Assembly (NCBI GenBank): GCA_964016885.1
Contig: OZ024741.1
Coordinates: 72,664,001 to 72,728,000, forward strand
Source: Eledone cirrhosa
Taxonomy: Eukaryota
Direction of reading: 5' to 3'
DNA length: 64,000 nt
Shown: positions 1 to 14,400 of the stretch, piece after piece
How positions within the stretch are numbered: position 1 is the first letter of the stretch
Layout of the letters: every line of letters begins with the position of its first letter
Translations under genes and position numbers: made by a program
Notes under the pieces: generated by a model
The model's input: the letters and a program-made list of their open reading frames with translations, nothing else
The model's database searches: none
What the model was told of the DNA's origin: nothing

Positions 1-1711
1 AAGTTGTTGTTGTTATTTAGTTGTTGTTACTTTAGTTGTTGTTGATAGTTTAGTTGTTGTTGTTACTTTAGTTGTTGTTGTTACATTAGTTGTTGTTGAT
101 AGTTTAGTTGTTGTTGTTACTTTAGTTGTTCTTGATAGTTTAGTTGATGTTGTTATTTAGTTGTTGTTGTTATTTAGTTTTTGTTGTTACTTTAGATATT
201 GTTGATAGTTTAGTTGTTGTTGACATTTAATCGTTGTTGTTACTTTAGTTGTTGTTGATAGTTTAGTTGTAGTTGTTATTTAGTTGTTATTGTTACTTTA
301 GTTGTTGTTGATAATTTAGTTGTTGTTGTTACTTTAATTGTTGTTGATAGTTTAGTTGTTGTTGTTACTTTAGTTGTTGTTACTTTAATTGTTGTTGATA
401 GTTTAGTTGTTGTCACTTTAGTTGTTGTTGTTACTTTAGTTGTTGTTGATAGTTTAGTTGTTGTTGTTACTTTAGTTGTTGTTGTTACTTTAATTGTTGT
501 TGATACTTTAGTTGTTGTTGTTACTTTAGTTGTTGTTGTCACTTTAGTTGGTGGTGTTACTTTAGTTGTTGTTGTTACTTTAGTTATTGTTGATAGTTTA
601 GTTGTTGTTGTCATTTAGTTGTTGTTAATTTAGTTGTTGTTGTTACTTTAGTTGTTGTTGATAGTTTAGTTGTTGTTGTTATTTAGTTGTTGTTGTTACT
701 TTAGTTGTTGCTGATAGTTTAGTTGTTGTTGATAGTTTAGTTGTTGTTGATAGTTTAGTTGATGTTGTCGTTTAGTTGTTGTTGTTACTTTAGTTGTTGT
801 TGTTACTTTAGTTGTTGTTTATAGTTTAGTTGATGTTGTTATTTAGTTGCTGTTGTTACTTTAGTTGTTGTTGATAGTTTAGTTGTTTTTGTTACTTTAG
901 TTGTTGTCGTTAGTTTAGTTTTTGTTGATCGATTAGTTGTTGTTGATAGTTTAGTTTGTTCTTGTTACTTTAGTTGTTGTTACTTTAATTGGTGTTGATA
1001 GTTTAGTTGTTGTTGTTACTTTAGTTGTTGTTGTTACTTTAGTTGTTGTTGATAGTTTAGTTGTTGTTGTTACTTTATTTGTTGTTGTTACTTTAACTGT
1101 TGTTGATAGTTTAGTTGTTGTTACTTTAGTTGTTGTTGTTGATAGTTTAGTCGTTGTTGTTACTTTGGTTGTTGTTGTTACTTTAATTGTTGTTGATACT
1201 TTAGTTGTTGTTACTTTAGTTGTTGTTGTTACTTTAGTTGGTGTTGTTACTTTATTTGTTGTTGATAGTTTAGTTGTTGTTGTTACGTTAGTTGTTGTTG
1301 ATAGTTTAGTTGTTTTTGATAGTTTAGTTGTTGTTGTTACTTAAGTTGTTGTTGTTACTTTAGTTGTTGTTGTTGATAGTTTAGTTGTTGATGTTTCTTT
1401 TTTCGTTGTTGTTACTTTAGTTGTTGTTGTTACTTTAGTTGTTGTTGATAGTTTAATTGTTGTTACTTTAGTGGTTGTTGTTACTGTAGTTGTTGTTGTT
1501 ACTGTAGTTGTTGTTGTTACTTTAGTTGTCGTGGTTACTTTAGTTGTTGTTGATATTTTAGTTGTTGTTGATAGTTTAGTTGTTGTTACTTTAGTTGTTG
1601 TTGTTACTTTAGTTGTTGTTGTTACTTTAGTTGTTGTTGATGAGTTGGTTGTTGTTGTTAGTTCTGTTGTTGTTGTTACATTAATTGTTGTTGATAGTTT
1701 AGTTGTTGTTG

Positions 1712-3301
1712 TTATTTAGTTGTTGTCGTTAGTTTAGTTGTTGTTGTTACTTTAGTTGTTATTGTTAGTTCAGTTGTTTTTGATGGATTAGTTGTTGTTG
1801 ATAGTTTAGTTGTTGTTGTTACTTTAGTTGTTGTTACTTTAGTTGTTGTTGATAGTTTAGTCGTTTTTGTTTCCTTAGTTGTTGTTGTTACTTTAATTGT
1901 TGTTGATACTTTACTTGTTGTTACTTTAGTTGTTGTTGTTACTTTAGTTGGTGTTGTTACTTTAGTTGTTGTTGATAGTTTAGTTGTTGTTGTTACTTTA
2001 GTTGTTGTTGATAGTTTAGTTGTTGTTGATAATTTAGTTGTTGTTGTTACTTTAGTTGTTGTTTTTACTTTAGTTGTTGTAGTTGCTTTAGTTCCTGTTG
2101 CTTCAGTTGTTGTTGATAGTTTAGTTGTTGTTGTTACTTTAGTTGTTGTTGTTAAATTAGTTGTTGTTGATACTTTAGTTGTTGTTGTTACTTTAGTTGT
2201 TGTTGTTACTTTAGTTGTTGTTGATAGTTCAGTTGTTGTTGTTACTTTAGTTGTTGTTGTTACTTTAGATGTTGTTGATAGATTAGTTGTTGTTGCTTTA
2301 GTTGATGTTGATAGTTTAGTTGTTGTTATTTTAGTTGTTGTTACTTTAGTTGTTGTTGTTACTTTAGATGTTGTTGATAGATTAGTTGTTGTTGCTTTAG
2401 TTGATGTTGATAGTTTAGTTGTTGTTTCTTTAGTTGTTGTTGATAGTTTAGTTGTTGTTGTTACTTTAGTTGTTGTTGTTAAATTAGTTGTTGTTGATAC
2501 TTTAGTTGTTGTTGTTACTTTAGTTGTTGTTGTTACTTTAGTTGTTGTTGATAGTTTAGTTGTTGTTGTTACTTTAATTGTTGTTGTTACTTTAGATGTT
2601 GTTGATAGATTAGTTGTTGTTGCTTTAGTTGATGTTGATAGTTTAGTTGTTGTTACTTTAGTTGTTGTTACTTTAGTTGTTGTTGTTACTTTAGTTGTTG
2701 TTGATAGTTTAGTTGTTGTTGATAGTTTAGTTGTTGTTGTTAGTTTAGTTGTTGCTGTTACTTTAGTTGTTTCTGATACTTTAGATGTTGTTGTTACTTT
2801 AGTTGTTGTTACTTTAGTTGTTGTTGTTACTTTAGTTGTTGTTGATAGTTTAGTGGTTGTTGTTGCGTTAGTTGTTGTTACCTTAGTTGTTGTTGTTACT
2901 TTAGTTGATGTTGTAACATTAGTTGTTGTTGCTACTTTAATTGTTGTTGTTACTTTAGATGTTGTTGATAGTTTAGTTGTTGTTGCATTAGTTGATGTTG
3001 ATAGTTTAGTTGTTGTTACTTTAGTTGTTGTTGTTACTTTAGTTGTTGTTGATGATTTAGTTGTTGTTGTTAGTTTAGTTGTTGCTGTTACTTTAGTTCT
3101 TGTTGATACTTTAGATGTTGTTGTTACTTTAGTTGTTGTTACTTTAGTTGTTGTTGTTACTTTAGTTGTTGTTGATAGTTTAGTTGTTATTGATAATTTA
3201 GTTGTAGTTGTTACGTTAGTTGTTGTTACTTTAGTTGTTCTTGTTACTTTAGTTGTTGTTGTAACTTTAGTTGTAGTTGATAGTTTAGTTCTTGTTGTCA
3301 C
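1712..3301 (-). other. Thr/Lys-rich mucin-like open frame (KVTTTT/KLSTTT repeats); coding status unproven
   Basis: 529-aa ORF in the track. It has a non-ATG start, no signal peptide and no unique domain, and it ends at a 17-bp monomer (AAA TAA). Open frames are expected from 15/18-bp monomers alone. Confidence 0.2.
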
Positions 3302-4699
3302 TTTAGTTGTTGTAGTTGCTTTAGTTGCTGTTGCTTTAGTTGTTGTTGATAGTTTAGTTGTTGTTGATAGATTAGTTGTTGTTGTTACCTTAGTTGTTGT
3401 TGTTACTTTAGTTGTTGTTGATAGTTTAGTTGTTGTTTATAGTTTAGTTGTTGCTGTTACTTTAGTTGTTGTTGATACTTTAGTTGTTGTTGTTACTTTA
3501 GTTGTTGTTTATAATTTAATTGTTGTTTTACATTAGTTGTTGTTACTTTAGTTGTTGTTGATAATTTAGTTGTTGTTGTTGGTTTAGTTGTTGATAGTTT
3601 AGTTGTTGTTGATAGTTTAGTCGTTGCTACTTTAGTTGTTGTTGTTACTTTAGTTGTTGTTGTTAGTTTATTTGTTGTTGTTACATTAGTTGTTGTTGTA
3701 ACTTTAGTTGTTGTTGTTACTTTAGTTGTTGTTGTTACTTTAGTTGTTGCTGTTACTTTAGTCGGTGTTGTTACTTTAGTTATTGTTGATAGTTTAGTTG
3801 TTGTTACTTTAATTGTTGTTGTTACTTTAGTTGTTGTTGATAGTTTAGTTGTTGTTGTTACTTTAGTTGTTGTTGTTACTTTAGTTGCTGTTGATAGTTT
3901 AGTTTTTTGTTGTTATTTAGTTGTTGTTGTTATTTAGTTGTTGTTGTTACTTTAGTTGTTGTTGTTACTTTAATTGTTGTTGATAGTTTAGTTGTTGTTG
4001 TTATTTAGTTGTTGTTGTTACTTTAGTTGTTGTTGATAGTTTAGTTGTTGTTGTTACTTTAGTTGTTGCTGATAGTTTAGTTGTTGTTAGTTTAGTTGTT
4101 GTTGTTACATTAGTTGTTGTTGATAGTTTAGTTGTTGTTGTTACTTTAGTTGTTGTCGTTACTTTAGTTGTTGTTGATAGTTTAGTTGTTGTTGTTACTT
4201 TAGTTGTTGTTGTTACTTTAATTGTTGTTGATACTTTAGTTGTTGTTGTTACTTTAGTTGTTGTTGTTACTTTAGTTGTTGTTGTTACTTTAGTTGTTGT
4301 TAATACCCTAGTTGTTGATAGTTTAGTTGTTGTTGTTACTTTAGTTGTTGCTGTTACTTTAGTTGTTGTTGCTATTTTAGTCGTTGTTGTTACTTTAGTT
4401 GTTGTTACTTTAGTTGTTGTTGTTACTTTAGTTGTTGTTGATAGTTTAGTTGTTGTTGTTACTTTAGTTGTTGTTGTTACTTATGTTGTTGTTGATAGTT
4501 TAGCTGTTGACGTCATTTAGTTGTTGTTGTTACTTTAGTTGTTGATGTTGCTTTAGTTGTTGTTGTTACTTTAGTTGTTGTTGATAGTTTAGTTGTTGTT
4601 GTTATTTAGTTGTTGTTGTTACATTAGTTGTTGTTGATAGTTTAGTTGTTGTTGTTACTTTAGCTGTTGTCGTTACATTAGTTGTTGTTGATAGTTTAG

Positions 4700-7600
4700 T
4701 TGTTGTTTTTATTTTAGTTGTTGTTGATAGTTTAGTTGTTGTTGTTATTTAGTTGTTGTCGTTATTTAGTTTTTGTTGTTACTTAAGTTATTGTTGATAG
4801 TTTAGTTGTTGTTGTCGTTTAATAGTTGTTGTTACTTTAGTTGATGTTGTTACTTTAGTTCTTGTTGATAGTTTAGTTGTTGTTGTTATTTAGTTGTTGT
4901 TGTTACTTTAGTTGTTGTTGATAGTTTAGTTGTTGTTGTTAGTTTAGTTGTTGTTGTTAGTTTAGTTGTTGCTGTTACTTTAGTTGTTTTTGATACTTTA
5001 GATGTTGTTGTTACTTTAGTAGTTGTTACTTTAGTTGTTGTTACTTTAGTTGTTGTTGTTACTTTAGTTGTTGTTGATAGTTTAGTTGTTGTTGATAGTT
5101 TAGTTGTTGTTGTTAGTTTAGTTGTTGCTGTTATTTTAGTTGTTTTTGATACTTTAGATGTTGTTGTTACTTTAGTTGTTGTTACTTTAGTTGTTGTTGT
5201 TACTTTAGTTGTTTTGTTACTTTTGGTGTTGTTGTTACTTTAGTTGTTGTTACTTTAGTTGTTGTTGTTACTTTAGTTGATGTTGTAACGTTAGTTGTTG
5301 TTGCTACTTTAATTGTTGTTGTTACTTTAGATGTTGTTGATAGTTTAGTTGTTGTTGCATTAGTTGATGTTGATAGTTTAGTTGTTGTTACTTTAGTTGT
5401 TGTTGTTACTTTAGTTGTTGTTGATAATTTAGTTGTTGTTGTTAGTTTAGTTGTTGCTGTTACTTTAGTTCTTGTTGATACTTTAGATGTTGTTGTTACT
5501 TTAGTTGTTGTTACTTTAGTTGTTGTTGTTACTTTTGGTGGTGTTGTTACTTTAGTTGTTGTTACTTTAGTTGTTGTTTTTACTTTAGTTGTTGTTGATA
5601 GTTTAGTTGTTATTGATAATTTCGTTGTAGTTGTTACGTTAGTTGTTGTTACTTTAGTTGTTCTTGTTATTTTAGTTGTTGTTGTAACTTTAGTTGTAGT
5701 TGATAGTTTAGTTCTTGTTGTCACTTTAGTTGTTGTAGTTGCTTTAGTTGCTGTTGCTTTAGTTGTTGTTGATAGTTTAGTTGTTGTTGATAGATTAGTT
5801 GTTGTTGTTACCTTAGTTGTTGTTGTTACTTTAGTTGTTGATAGTTTAGTTGTTGTTTATAGTTTAGTTGTTGCTGTTACTTTCGTTGTTGTTGATACTT
5901 TAGTTGTTGCTGTTAATTTAGTTGTTGTTTATAATTTAGTTGTTGTTTTACATTAGTTGTTGTTACTTTAGTTGTTGTTGATCGTTTAGTTGTTGTTGTT
6001 ACTTTAGTTGTTGTTGTTAGTTTATTTGTTGTTGTTACATTAGTTGTTGTTGTAACTTTAGTTGTTGTTGTTACTTTAGTTGTTGTTGATAATTTAGTTG
6101 TTGGTGTTAGTTTAGTTGTTGTTGTTACTTTAGTTGTTGCTGTTACTTTAGTCGGTGTTGTTACTTTAGTTATTGTTGATAGTTTAGTTGTTGTTACTTT
6201 AGTTGTTGTTGTTACTTTAGTTGTTGTTACTTTAATTGTTGTTGATAGTTTAGTTGTTGTTGTTACTTTAGTTGTTGTTGTTACTTTAATTGTTGTTGAT
6301 CCTTTAGTTGTTGTTGTTACTTTAGTTGTTGTTGTTACTTTAGTTGTTGTTGTTACTTTAATTGTTGTTGATAGTTTAGTTGTTGTTGTTACTTTAGTTG
6401 TTGTTTTTACTTTAGATGTTGTTGATAGTTTAGTTGTTGTTGCTTTAGTTGTTGTTGATAGTTTAGTTGTTGTTGTTACTTTAGTTGTTGTTGTTACTTT
6501 AATTGTTGTTGATAGTTTAGTTGTTGTTGTTACTTTAGTTGTTGTTACTTTAGTTGTTGTTGTTACTTTAGTTGTTTTTGACAGTTTAGTTGTTGTTGTT
6601 ACTTTAGTTGTTGTTGTTACTTATGTTGTTGTTGATAGTTTAGCTGTTGTCGTCATTTAGTTGTTGTTGTTACATTAGTTGTTGTTGATAGTTTAGTTGT
6701 TGTTGTTATTTAGTTGTTGTTGTTACTTTAGTTGTTGTTGATAGTTTAGTTGTTGTTGTTACTTTAGTTGTTGTTGATAGTTTAGTTGTTATTGTTAGTT
6801 TAGTTGTTGTTGTTACATTAGTTGTTGTTGATTGTTTAGTTGTTGTTGTTACTTTAGTTGTTGTCGTTACTTTAGTTGTTGTTGATAGTTTAGTTGTTGT
6901 TGTTACTTTAGTTGTTGTTGTTACTTTAATTGTTGTTGATAGTTTAGTTGTTGTTGTTACTTTAGTTGTTGTTACTTTAGTTGTTGTTAATACCCTAGTT
7001 GTTGATAGTTTAGTTGTTGTTGTTATTTAGTTGTTGTCGTTATTTAGTTTTTGTTGTTACTTAAGTTATTGTTGATAGTTTAGTTGTTGTTGTCGTTTAA
7101 TAGTTGTTGTTACTTTAGTTGATGTTGTTACTTTAGTTCTTGTTGATAGTTTAGTTGTTGTTGTTATTTAGTTGTTGTTGTTACTTTAGTTGTTGTTGAT
7201 AGTTTAGTTGTTGTTGTTAGTTTAGTTGTTGTTGTTAGTTTAGTTGTTGCTGTTACTTTAGTTGTTTTTGATACTTTAGATGTTGTTGTTACTTTAGTAG
7301 TTGTTACTTTAGTTGTTGTTACTTTAGTTGTTGTTGTTACTTTAGTTGTTGTTGATAGTTTAGTTGTTGTTGATAGTTTAGTTGTTGTTGTTAGTTTAGT
7401 TCTTGTTGTCACTTTAGTTGTTGTAGTTGCTTTAGTTGCTGTTGCTTTAGTTGTTGTTGATAGTTTAGTTGTTGTTGATAGATTAGTTGTTGTTGTTACC
7501 TTAGTTGTTGTTGTTACTTTAGTTGTTGATAGTTTAGTTGTTGTTTATAGTTTAGTTGTTGCTGTTACTTTCGTTGTTGTTGATACTTTAGTTGTTGCTG

Positions 7601-10600
7601 TTAATTTAGTTGTTGTTTATAATTTAGTTGTTGTTTTACATTAGTTGTTGTTACTTTAGTTGTTGTTGATCGTTTAGTTGTTGTTGTTACTTTAGTTGTT
7701 GTTGTTAGTTTATTTGTTGTTGTTACATTAGTTGTTGTTGTAACTTTAGTTGTTGTTGTTACTTTAGTTGTTGTTGATAATTTAGTTGTTGGTGTTAGTT
7801 TAGTTGTTGTTGTTACTTTAGTTGTTGCTGTTACTTTAGTCGGTGTTGTTACTTTAGTTATTGTTGATAGTTTAGTTGTTGTTACTTTAGTTGTTGTTGT
7901 TACTTTAGTTGTTGTTGATAGTTTAGTTGTTGTTGTTACTTTAGTTGTTGTTGATAGTTTAGTTGTTGTTGTTACTTTAGTTGTTGTTGATAGTTTAGTT
8001 GTTGTTGTTAGTTTAGTTGTTGTTGTTACATTAGTTGTTGTTGATAGTTTAGTTGTTGTTGTTACTTTAGTTGTTGTCGTTACTTTAGTTGTTGTTGATA
8101 GTTTAGTTGTTGTTGTTACTTTAGTTGTTGTTACTTTAATTGTTGTTGATAGTTTAGTTGTTGTTGTTACTTTAGTTGTTGTTGTTACTTTAATTGTTGT
8201 TGATCCTTTAGTTGTTGTTGTTACTTTAGTTGTTGTTGTTACTTTAGTTGTTGTTGTTACTTTAATTGTTGTTGATAGTTTAGTTGTTGTTGTTACTTTA
8301 GTTGTTGTTTTTACTTTAGATGTTGTTGATAGTTTAGTTGTTGTTGCTTTAGTTGTTGTTGATAGTTTAGTTGTTGTTGTTACTTTAGTTGTTGTTGTTA
8401 CTTTAATTGTTGTTGATAGTTTAGTTGTTGTTGTTACTTTAGTTGTTGTTACTTTAGTTGTTGTTGTTACTTTAGTTGTTTTTGACAGTTTAGTTGTTGT
8501 TGTTACTTTAGTTGTTGTTGTTACTTATGTTGTTGTTGATAGTTTAGCTGTTGTCGTCATTTAGTTGTTGTTGTTACATTAGTTGTTGTTGATAGTTTAG
8601 TTGTTGTTGTTATTTAGTTGTTGTTGTTACTTTAGTTGTTGTTGATAGTTTAGTTGTTGTTGTTACTTTAGTTGTTGTTGATAGTTTAGTTGTTATTGTT
8701 AGTTTAGTTGTTGTTGTTACATTAGTTGTTGTTGATTGTTTAGTTGTTGTTGTTACTTTAGTTGTTGTCGTTACTTTAGTTGTTGTTGATAGTTTAGTTG
8801 TTGTTGTTACTTTAGTTGTTGTTGTTACTTTAATTGTTGTTGATAGTTTAGTTGTTGTTGTTACTTTAGTTGTTGTTACTTTAGTTGTTGTTAATACCCT
8901 AGTTGTTGATAGTTTAGTTGTTGTTGTTATTTAGTTGTTGTCGTTATTTAGTTTTTGTTGTTACTTAAGTTATTGTTGATAGTTTAGTTGTTGTTGTCGT
9001 TTAATAGTTGTTGTTACTTTAGTTGATGTTGTTACTTTAGTTCTTGTTGATAGTTTAGTTGTTGTTGTTATTTAGTTGTTGTTGTTACTTTAGTTGTTGT
9101 TGATAGTTTAGTTGTTGTTGTTAGTTTAGTTGTTGTTGTTAGTTTAGTTGTTGCTGTTACTTTAGTTGTTTTTGATACTTTAGATGTTGTTGTTACTTTA
9201 GTAGTTGTTACTTTAGTTGTTGTTACTTTAGTTGTTGTTGTTACTTTAGTTGTTGTTGATAGTTTAGTTGTTGTTGATAGTTTAGTTGTTGTTGTTAGTT
9301 TAGTTGTTGCTGTTATTTTAGTTGTTTTTGATACTTTAGATGTTGTTGTTACTTTAGTTGTTGTTACTTTAGTTGTTGTTGTTACTTTAGTTGTTTTGTT
9401 ACTTTTGGTGTTGTTGTTACTTTAGTTGTTGTTACTTTAGTTGTTGTTGTTACTTTAGTTGATGTTGTAACGTTAGTTGTTGTTGCTACTTTAATTGTTG
9501 TTGTTACTTTAGATGTTGTTGATAGTTTAGTTGTTGTTGCATTAGTTGATGTTGATAGTTTAGTTGTTGTTACTTTAGTTGTTGTTGTTACTTTAGTTGT
9601 TGTTGATAATTTAGTTGTTGTTGTTAGTTTAGTTGTTGCTGTTACTTTAGTTCTTGTTGATACTTTAGATGTTGTTGTTACTTTAGTTGTTGTTACTTTA
9701 GTTGTTGTTGTTACTTTTGGTGGTGTTGTTACTTTAGTTGTTGTTACTTTAGTTGTTGTTTTTACTTTAGTTGTTGTTGATAGTTTAGTTGTTATTGATA
9801 ATTTCGTTGTAGTTGTTACGTTAGTTGTTGTTACTTTAGTTGTTCTTGTTATTTTAGTTGTTGTTGTAACTTTAGTTGTAGTTGATAGTTTAGTTCTTGT
9901 TGTCACTTTAGTTGTTGTAGTTGCTTTAGTTGCTGTTGCTTTAGTTGTTGTTGATAGTTTAGTTGTTGTTGATAGATTAGTTGTTGTTGTTACCTTAGTT
10001 GTTGTTGTTACTTTAGTTGTTGATAGTTTAGTTGTTGTTTATAGTTTAGTTGTTGCTGTTACTTTCGTTGTTGTTGATACTTTAGTTGTTGCTGTTAATT
10101 CAGTTGTTGTTTATAATTTAGTTGTTGTTTTACATTAGTTGTTGTTACTTTAGTTGTTGTTGATCGTTTAGTTGTTGTTGTTACTTTAGTTGTTGTTGTT
10201 AGTTTATTTGTTGTTGTTACATTAGTTGTTGTTGTAACTTTAGTTGTTGTTGTTACTTTAGTTGTTGTTGATAATTTAGTTGTTGGTGTTAGTTTAGTTG
10301 TTGTTGTTACTTTAGTTGTTGCTGTTACTTTAGTCGGTGTTGTTACTTTAGTTATTGTTGATAGTTTAGTTGTTGTTACTTTAGTTGTTGTTGTTACTTT
10401 AGTTGTTGTTGATAGTTTAGTTGTTGTTGTTACTTTAGTTGTTGTTGATAGTTTAGTTGTTGTTGTTACTTTAGTTGTTGTTGATAGTTTAGTTGTTGTT
10501 GTTAGTTTAGTTGTTGTTGTTACATTAGTTGTTGTTGATAGTTTAGTTGTTGTTGTTACTTTAGTTGTTGTCGTTACTTTAGTTGTTGTTGATAGTTTAG

Positions 10601-11410
10601 TTGTTGTTGTTACTTTAGTTGTTGTTACTTTAATTGTTGTTGATAGTTTAGTTGTTGTTGTTACTTTAGTTGTTGTTGTTACTTTAATTGTTGTTGATCC
10701 TTTAGTTGTTGTTGTTACTTTAGTTGTTGTTGTTACTTTAGTTGTTGTTGTTACTTTAATTGTTGTTGATAGTTTAGTTGTTGTTGTTACTTTAGTTGTT
10801 GTTTTTACTTTAGATGTTGTTGATAGTTTAGTTGTTGTTGCTTTAGTTGTTGTTGATAGTTTAGTTGTTGTTGTTACTTTAGTTGTTGTTGTTACTTTAA
10901 TTGTTGTTGATAGTTTAGTTGTTGTTGTTACTTTAGTTGTTGTTACTTTAGTTGTTGTTGTTACTTTAGTTGTTTTTGACAGTTTAGTTGTTGTTGTTAC
11001 TTTAGTTGTTGTTGTTACTTATGTTGTTGTTGATAGTTTAGCTGTTGTCGTCATTTAGTTGTTGTTGTTACATTAGTTGTTGTTGATAGTTTAGTTGTTG
11101 TTGTTATTTAGTTGTTGTTGTTACTTTAGTTGTTGTTGATAGTTTAGTTGTTGTTGTTACTTTAGTTGTTGTTGATAGTTTAGTTGTTGTTGTTAGTTTA
11201 GTTGTTGTTGTTACATTAGTTGTTGTTGATTGTTTAGTTGTTGTTGTTACTTTAGTTGTTGTCGTTACTTTAGTTGTTGTTGATAGTTTAGTTGTTGTTG
11301 TTACTTTAGTTGTTGTTGTTACTTTAATTGTTGTTGATAGTTTAGTTGTTGTTGTTACTTTAGTTGTTGTTACTTTAGTTGTTGTTAATACCCTAGTTGT
11401 TGATAGTTTA
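4700..11410. repeat. Higher-order tandem repeat, three copies of a ~2.5-kb unit (about 2278, 1904 and 2494 bp)
   Basis: GTCGTTTAATAG occurs at 4814, 7092 and 8996. TAATACCCT occurs at 6988, 8892 and 11386. Identical 174-aa ORFs lie at 5200-5724 and 9382-9906 (offset 4182 = 2278+1904). Confidence 0.9.
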
Positions 11411-14400
11411 GTTGTTGTTGATAGTTTAGTTGTTGTTGTTACTTTAGTTGTTGCTGTTACTTTAGTTGTTGTTGTTATTTTAGTCGTTGTTACTTTAGTT
11501 GTTGTTACTTTAGTTGTTGTTGTTACTTTAGTTGTTGTTGACAGTTTAGTTGTTGTTGTTACTTTAGTTGTTGTTGTTACTTATGTTGTTGTTGATAGTT
11601 TAGCTGTTGTCGTCATTTAGTTGTTGTTGTTACTTTAGTTGTTGATGTTACTTTAGTTGTTTTTGTTACTTTAGTTGTTGTTGATAGTTTAGTTGTTGTT
11701 GTTATTTAGTTGTTGTTGTTACATTAATTGTTGTTGATAGTTTAGTTGTTGTTGTTACTTTAGTTGTTGTTGTTACATTAGTTGTTGTTGATAGTTTAGT
11801 TGTTGTTGTTATTTAGTTGTTGTCGTTATTTAGTTTTTGTTGTTACTTTAGTTATTGTTGATAGTTTAGTTGTTGTTGTTAGTTTAGTTGTTGTTGTTAC
11901 ATTAGTTGTTGTTGATAGTTTAGTTGTTGTTGTTAATTTAGTTGTTACTTTAATTGTTGTTGATAGTTTAGTTGTTGTTGTTACTTTAGTTGTTGTTGTT
12001 ACTTTAATTGTTGTTGATACATTAGTTGTTGTTGTTACTTTAGTTGTTGTTGTTACTTTAATTGTTGTTGATAGTTTAGTTGTTGTTGTTACTTTAGTTG
12101 ATGTTGTTACTTTAGTTCTTGTTGATAGTTTAGTTGTTGTTGTTATTTAGTTGTTGTTGTTACTTTAGTTGTTGTTGATAGTTTAGTTGTTGTTGTTAGT
12201 TTAGTTGTTGTTGTTACATTAGTTGTTGTTGATAGTTTAGTTGTTGTTGTTACTTTAGTTGTTGTTTTTACTTTAGTTGTTGTTGATAGTTTAGTTGTTG
12301 TTGTTACTTTAGTTGTTACTTTAATTGTTGTTGATAGTTTAGTTGTTGTTGTTACTTTAGTTGTTGTTGTTACTTTAATTGTTGTTGATACATTAGTTGT
12401 TGTTGTTACTTTAGTTGTTGTTGTTACTTTACTTGTTGTTGTTACTTTAATTGTTGTTGATAGTTTAGTTGTTGTTGTTACTTTAGTTGTTGTTTTTACT
12501 TTAGATGTTGTTGATAGTTTAGCTGTTGTTGCTTTAGTTGTTGATAGTTTAGTTGTTGTTGTTATTATAGTTGTTGTTACTTTAGTTGTTGTTGTTACTT
12601 TAGTCGTTGTTGTTACTTTAGTTGTTGTTACTTTAGTTGTTGTTGTTACTTTAGTTGTTGTTGATAGTTTAGTTGTTGTTGTTACTTTAGTTGTTGTTGT
12701 TACTTATGTTGTTGTTGATAGTTTAGCTGTTGTTGTCATTTAGTTGTTGTTCATACTTGAGTTGTTGTTGATAGTTTAGTTTTTTCTTGTTATTTATTTG
12801 TTGTTATTTAGTTGTTGTTGTTACTTTAGTTGTTGTTGTTACTTTAATTGTTGATGATAATTTAGCTGTTGTTGTTACTTTAGTTGTTGTTGTTACTTTA
12901 GTTGTTGTTGATAGTTTAGTTGTTGTTGATAGTTTAGTTGTTGTTAGCTTAGTTGTTGTTGTTACTTTCGTTATTGTAGTTACTTTAGTTGTTGTTGTTA
13001 CTTTAATTGTTGTTGATAGTTTAGTTGTTGTTGTTTCTTTTGTTGTTGTTGTTACTTTAGTTGTTGTTGTTTCTTTAGTTGTTGTTGATACTTTAGTTGT
13101 TGTTGTTACTTTAGTTGTTGGTATTAATTTAGTTGTTGTTGATAGGTTAGTTGTTGTTGCTAATTTAGTTGTTGTTACTTTAGATGTTGTTGATAGTTTA
13201 GTTGTTGTTGCTTTAGTTGATGTTGATAGTTTAGTTGTTGTTACTTTAGTTGTTGTTGTTACTTTAGTTGTTGTTGATAGTTTAGTTGTTTCTGTTACTT
13301 TAGTTGTTGTTGATACTTTAGATGTTGTTGTTACTTTAGTTATTGTTACTTTAGTTGTTGTTGTTACTTTAGTTGTTTTTGTTACTTTTGGTGTTGTTGT
13401 TACTTTAGTTGTTGTTGTTACTTTAGTTGTTGTTGATAGTTTAGTTGTTGTTGTTACTTTAGTTGTTACTTTAATTGTTGTTGATAGTTTAGTTGTTGTT
13501 GTTACTTTAGTTGTTGTTGTTACTTTAATTGTTGTTGATACATTAGTTGTTGTTGTTACTTTAGTTGTTGTTGTTACTTTAGTTGTTGTTGTTTCTTTAA
13601 TTGTTGTTGATAGTTTAGTTGTTGTTGTTATGTTGTTGTTGATAGTTTAGCTGTTGTTGTCATTTAGTTGTTGTTCTTAATTTAGTTGTTGTTAATAGTT
13701 TAGTTGTTGCTGTTACTTTAGTTGTTGTTGTTACATTAGTTGTTGTTGATGGTTTAGTTGCTGTTGTTACTTTAGTTGTTGTTGATAGTTTAGTTTTTTG
13801 TTGTTATTTAGTTGTTGTTGTTATTTAGTTGTTGTTACTTTAGTTGTTGTTGTTACTTTAGTTGTTGTTGATAGGTTAGTTGTTGTTGATAGTTTAGTTG
13901 TTGTTGTTACCTTAGTTGTTGTTGTTACTTTAGTTGTTGTTGTTACTTTAGTTGTTGTTGTTACTTTAGTTGTTGTTGTTACTTTAGATGTTGTTGAAAG
14001 TTTACTTGTTTTTACTTTAGTTGTTGTTGATACTTTAGTTGTTGTTGATACTTCAGTTGTTGTTGATAGTGTAGTTGTTGTTGTTTCTTTAGTTGTTGTT
14101 GTTACTTTAGTTGTTGTTGATACTTTAGTTGTTGTCGTTACTTTAGTTGTTGTTGTTAATTAATTGTTGTTGATAGGTTAGTTGTTGTTGCTACTTTAGT
14201 TGTTGTTGATAGTTTAGATGTTGTTGTTACTTTAGTTGTTGTTACTTTAGTTGTTGTTGTTACTTTAGTTGTTTTTGTTACTTTTGGTGTTGTTGTTACT
14301 TTAGTTGTTGTTACTTTAGTTGTTGTTGTTACTTTAGTTGTTGTTGATAGTTTAGTTGTTGTTGCTAGTTTAGTTGTTGTTGTTGCGTTAGTTGTTGTTA

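Noticed and set aside
11800-13830. Cys-rich ORF starts (for example MLLLFSCCRY, MLLFSCCCY) resembling signal or metal-binding peptides
   Set aside because: They are alternative-frame readings of TTG/TGT triplets across 17-bp frameshift monomers.
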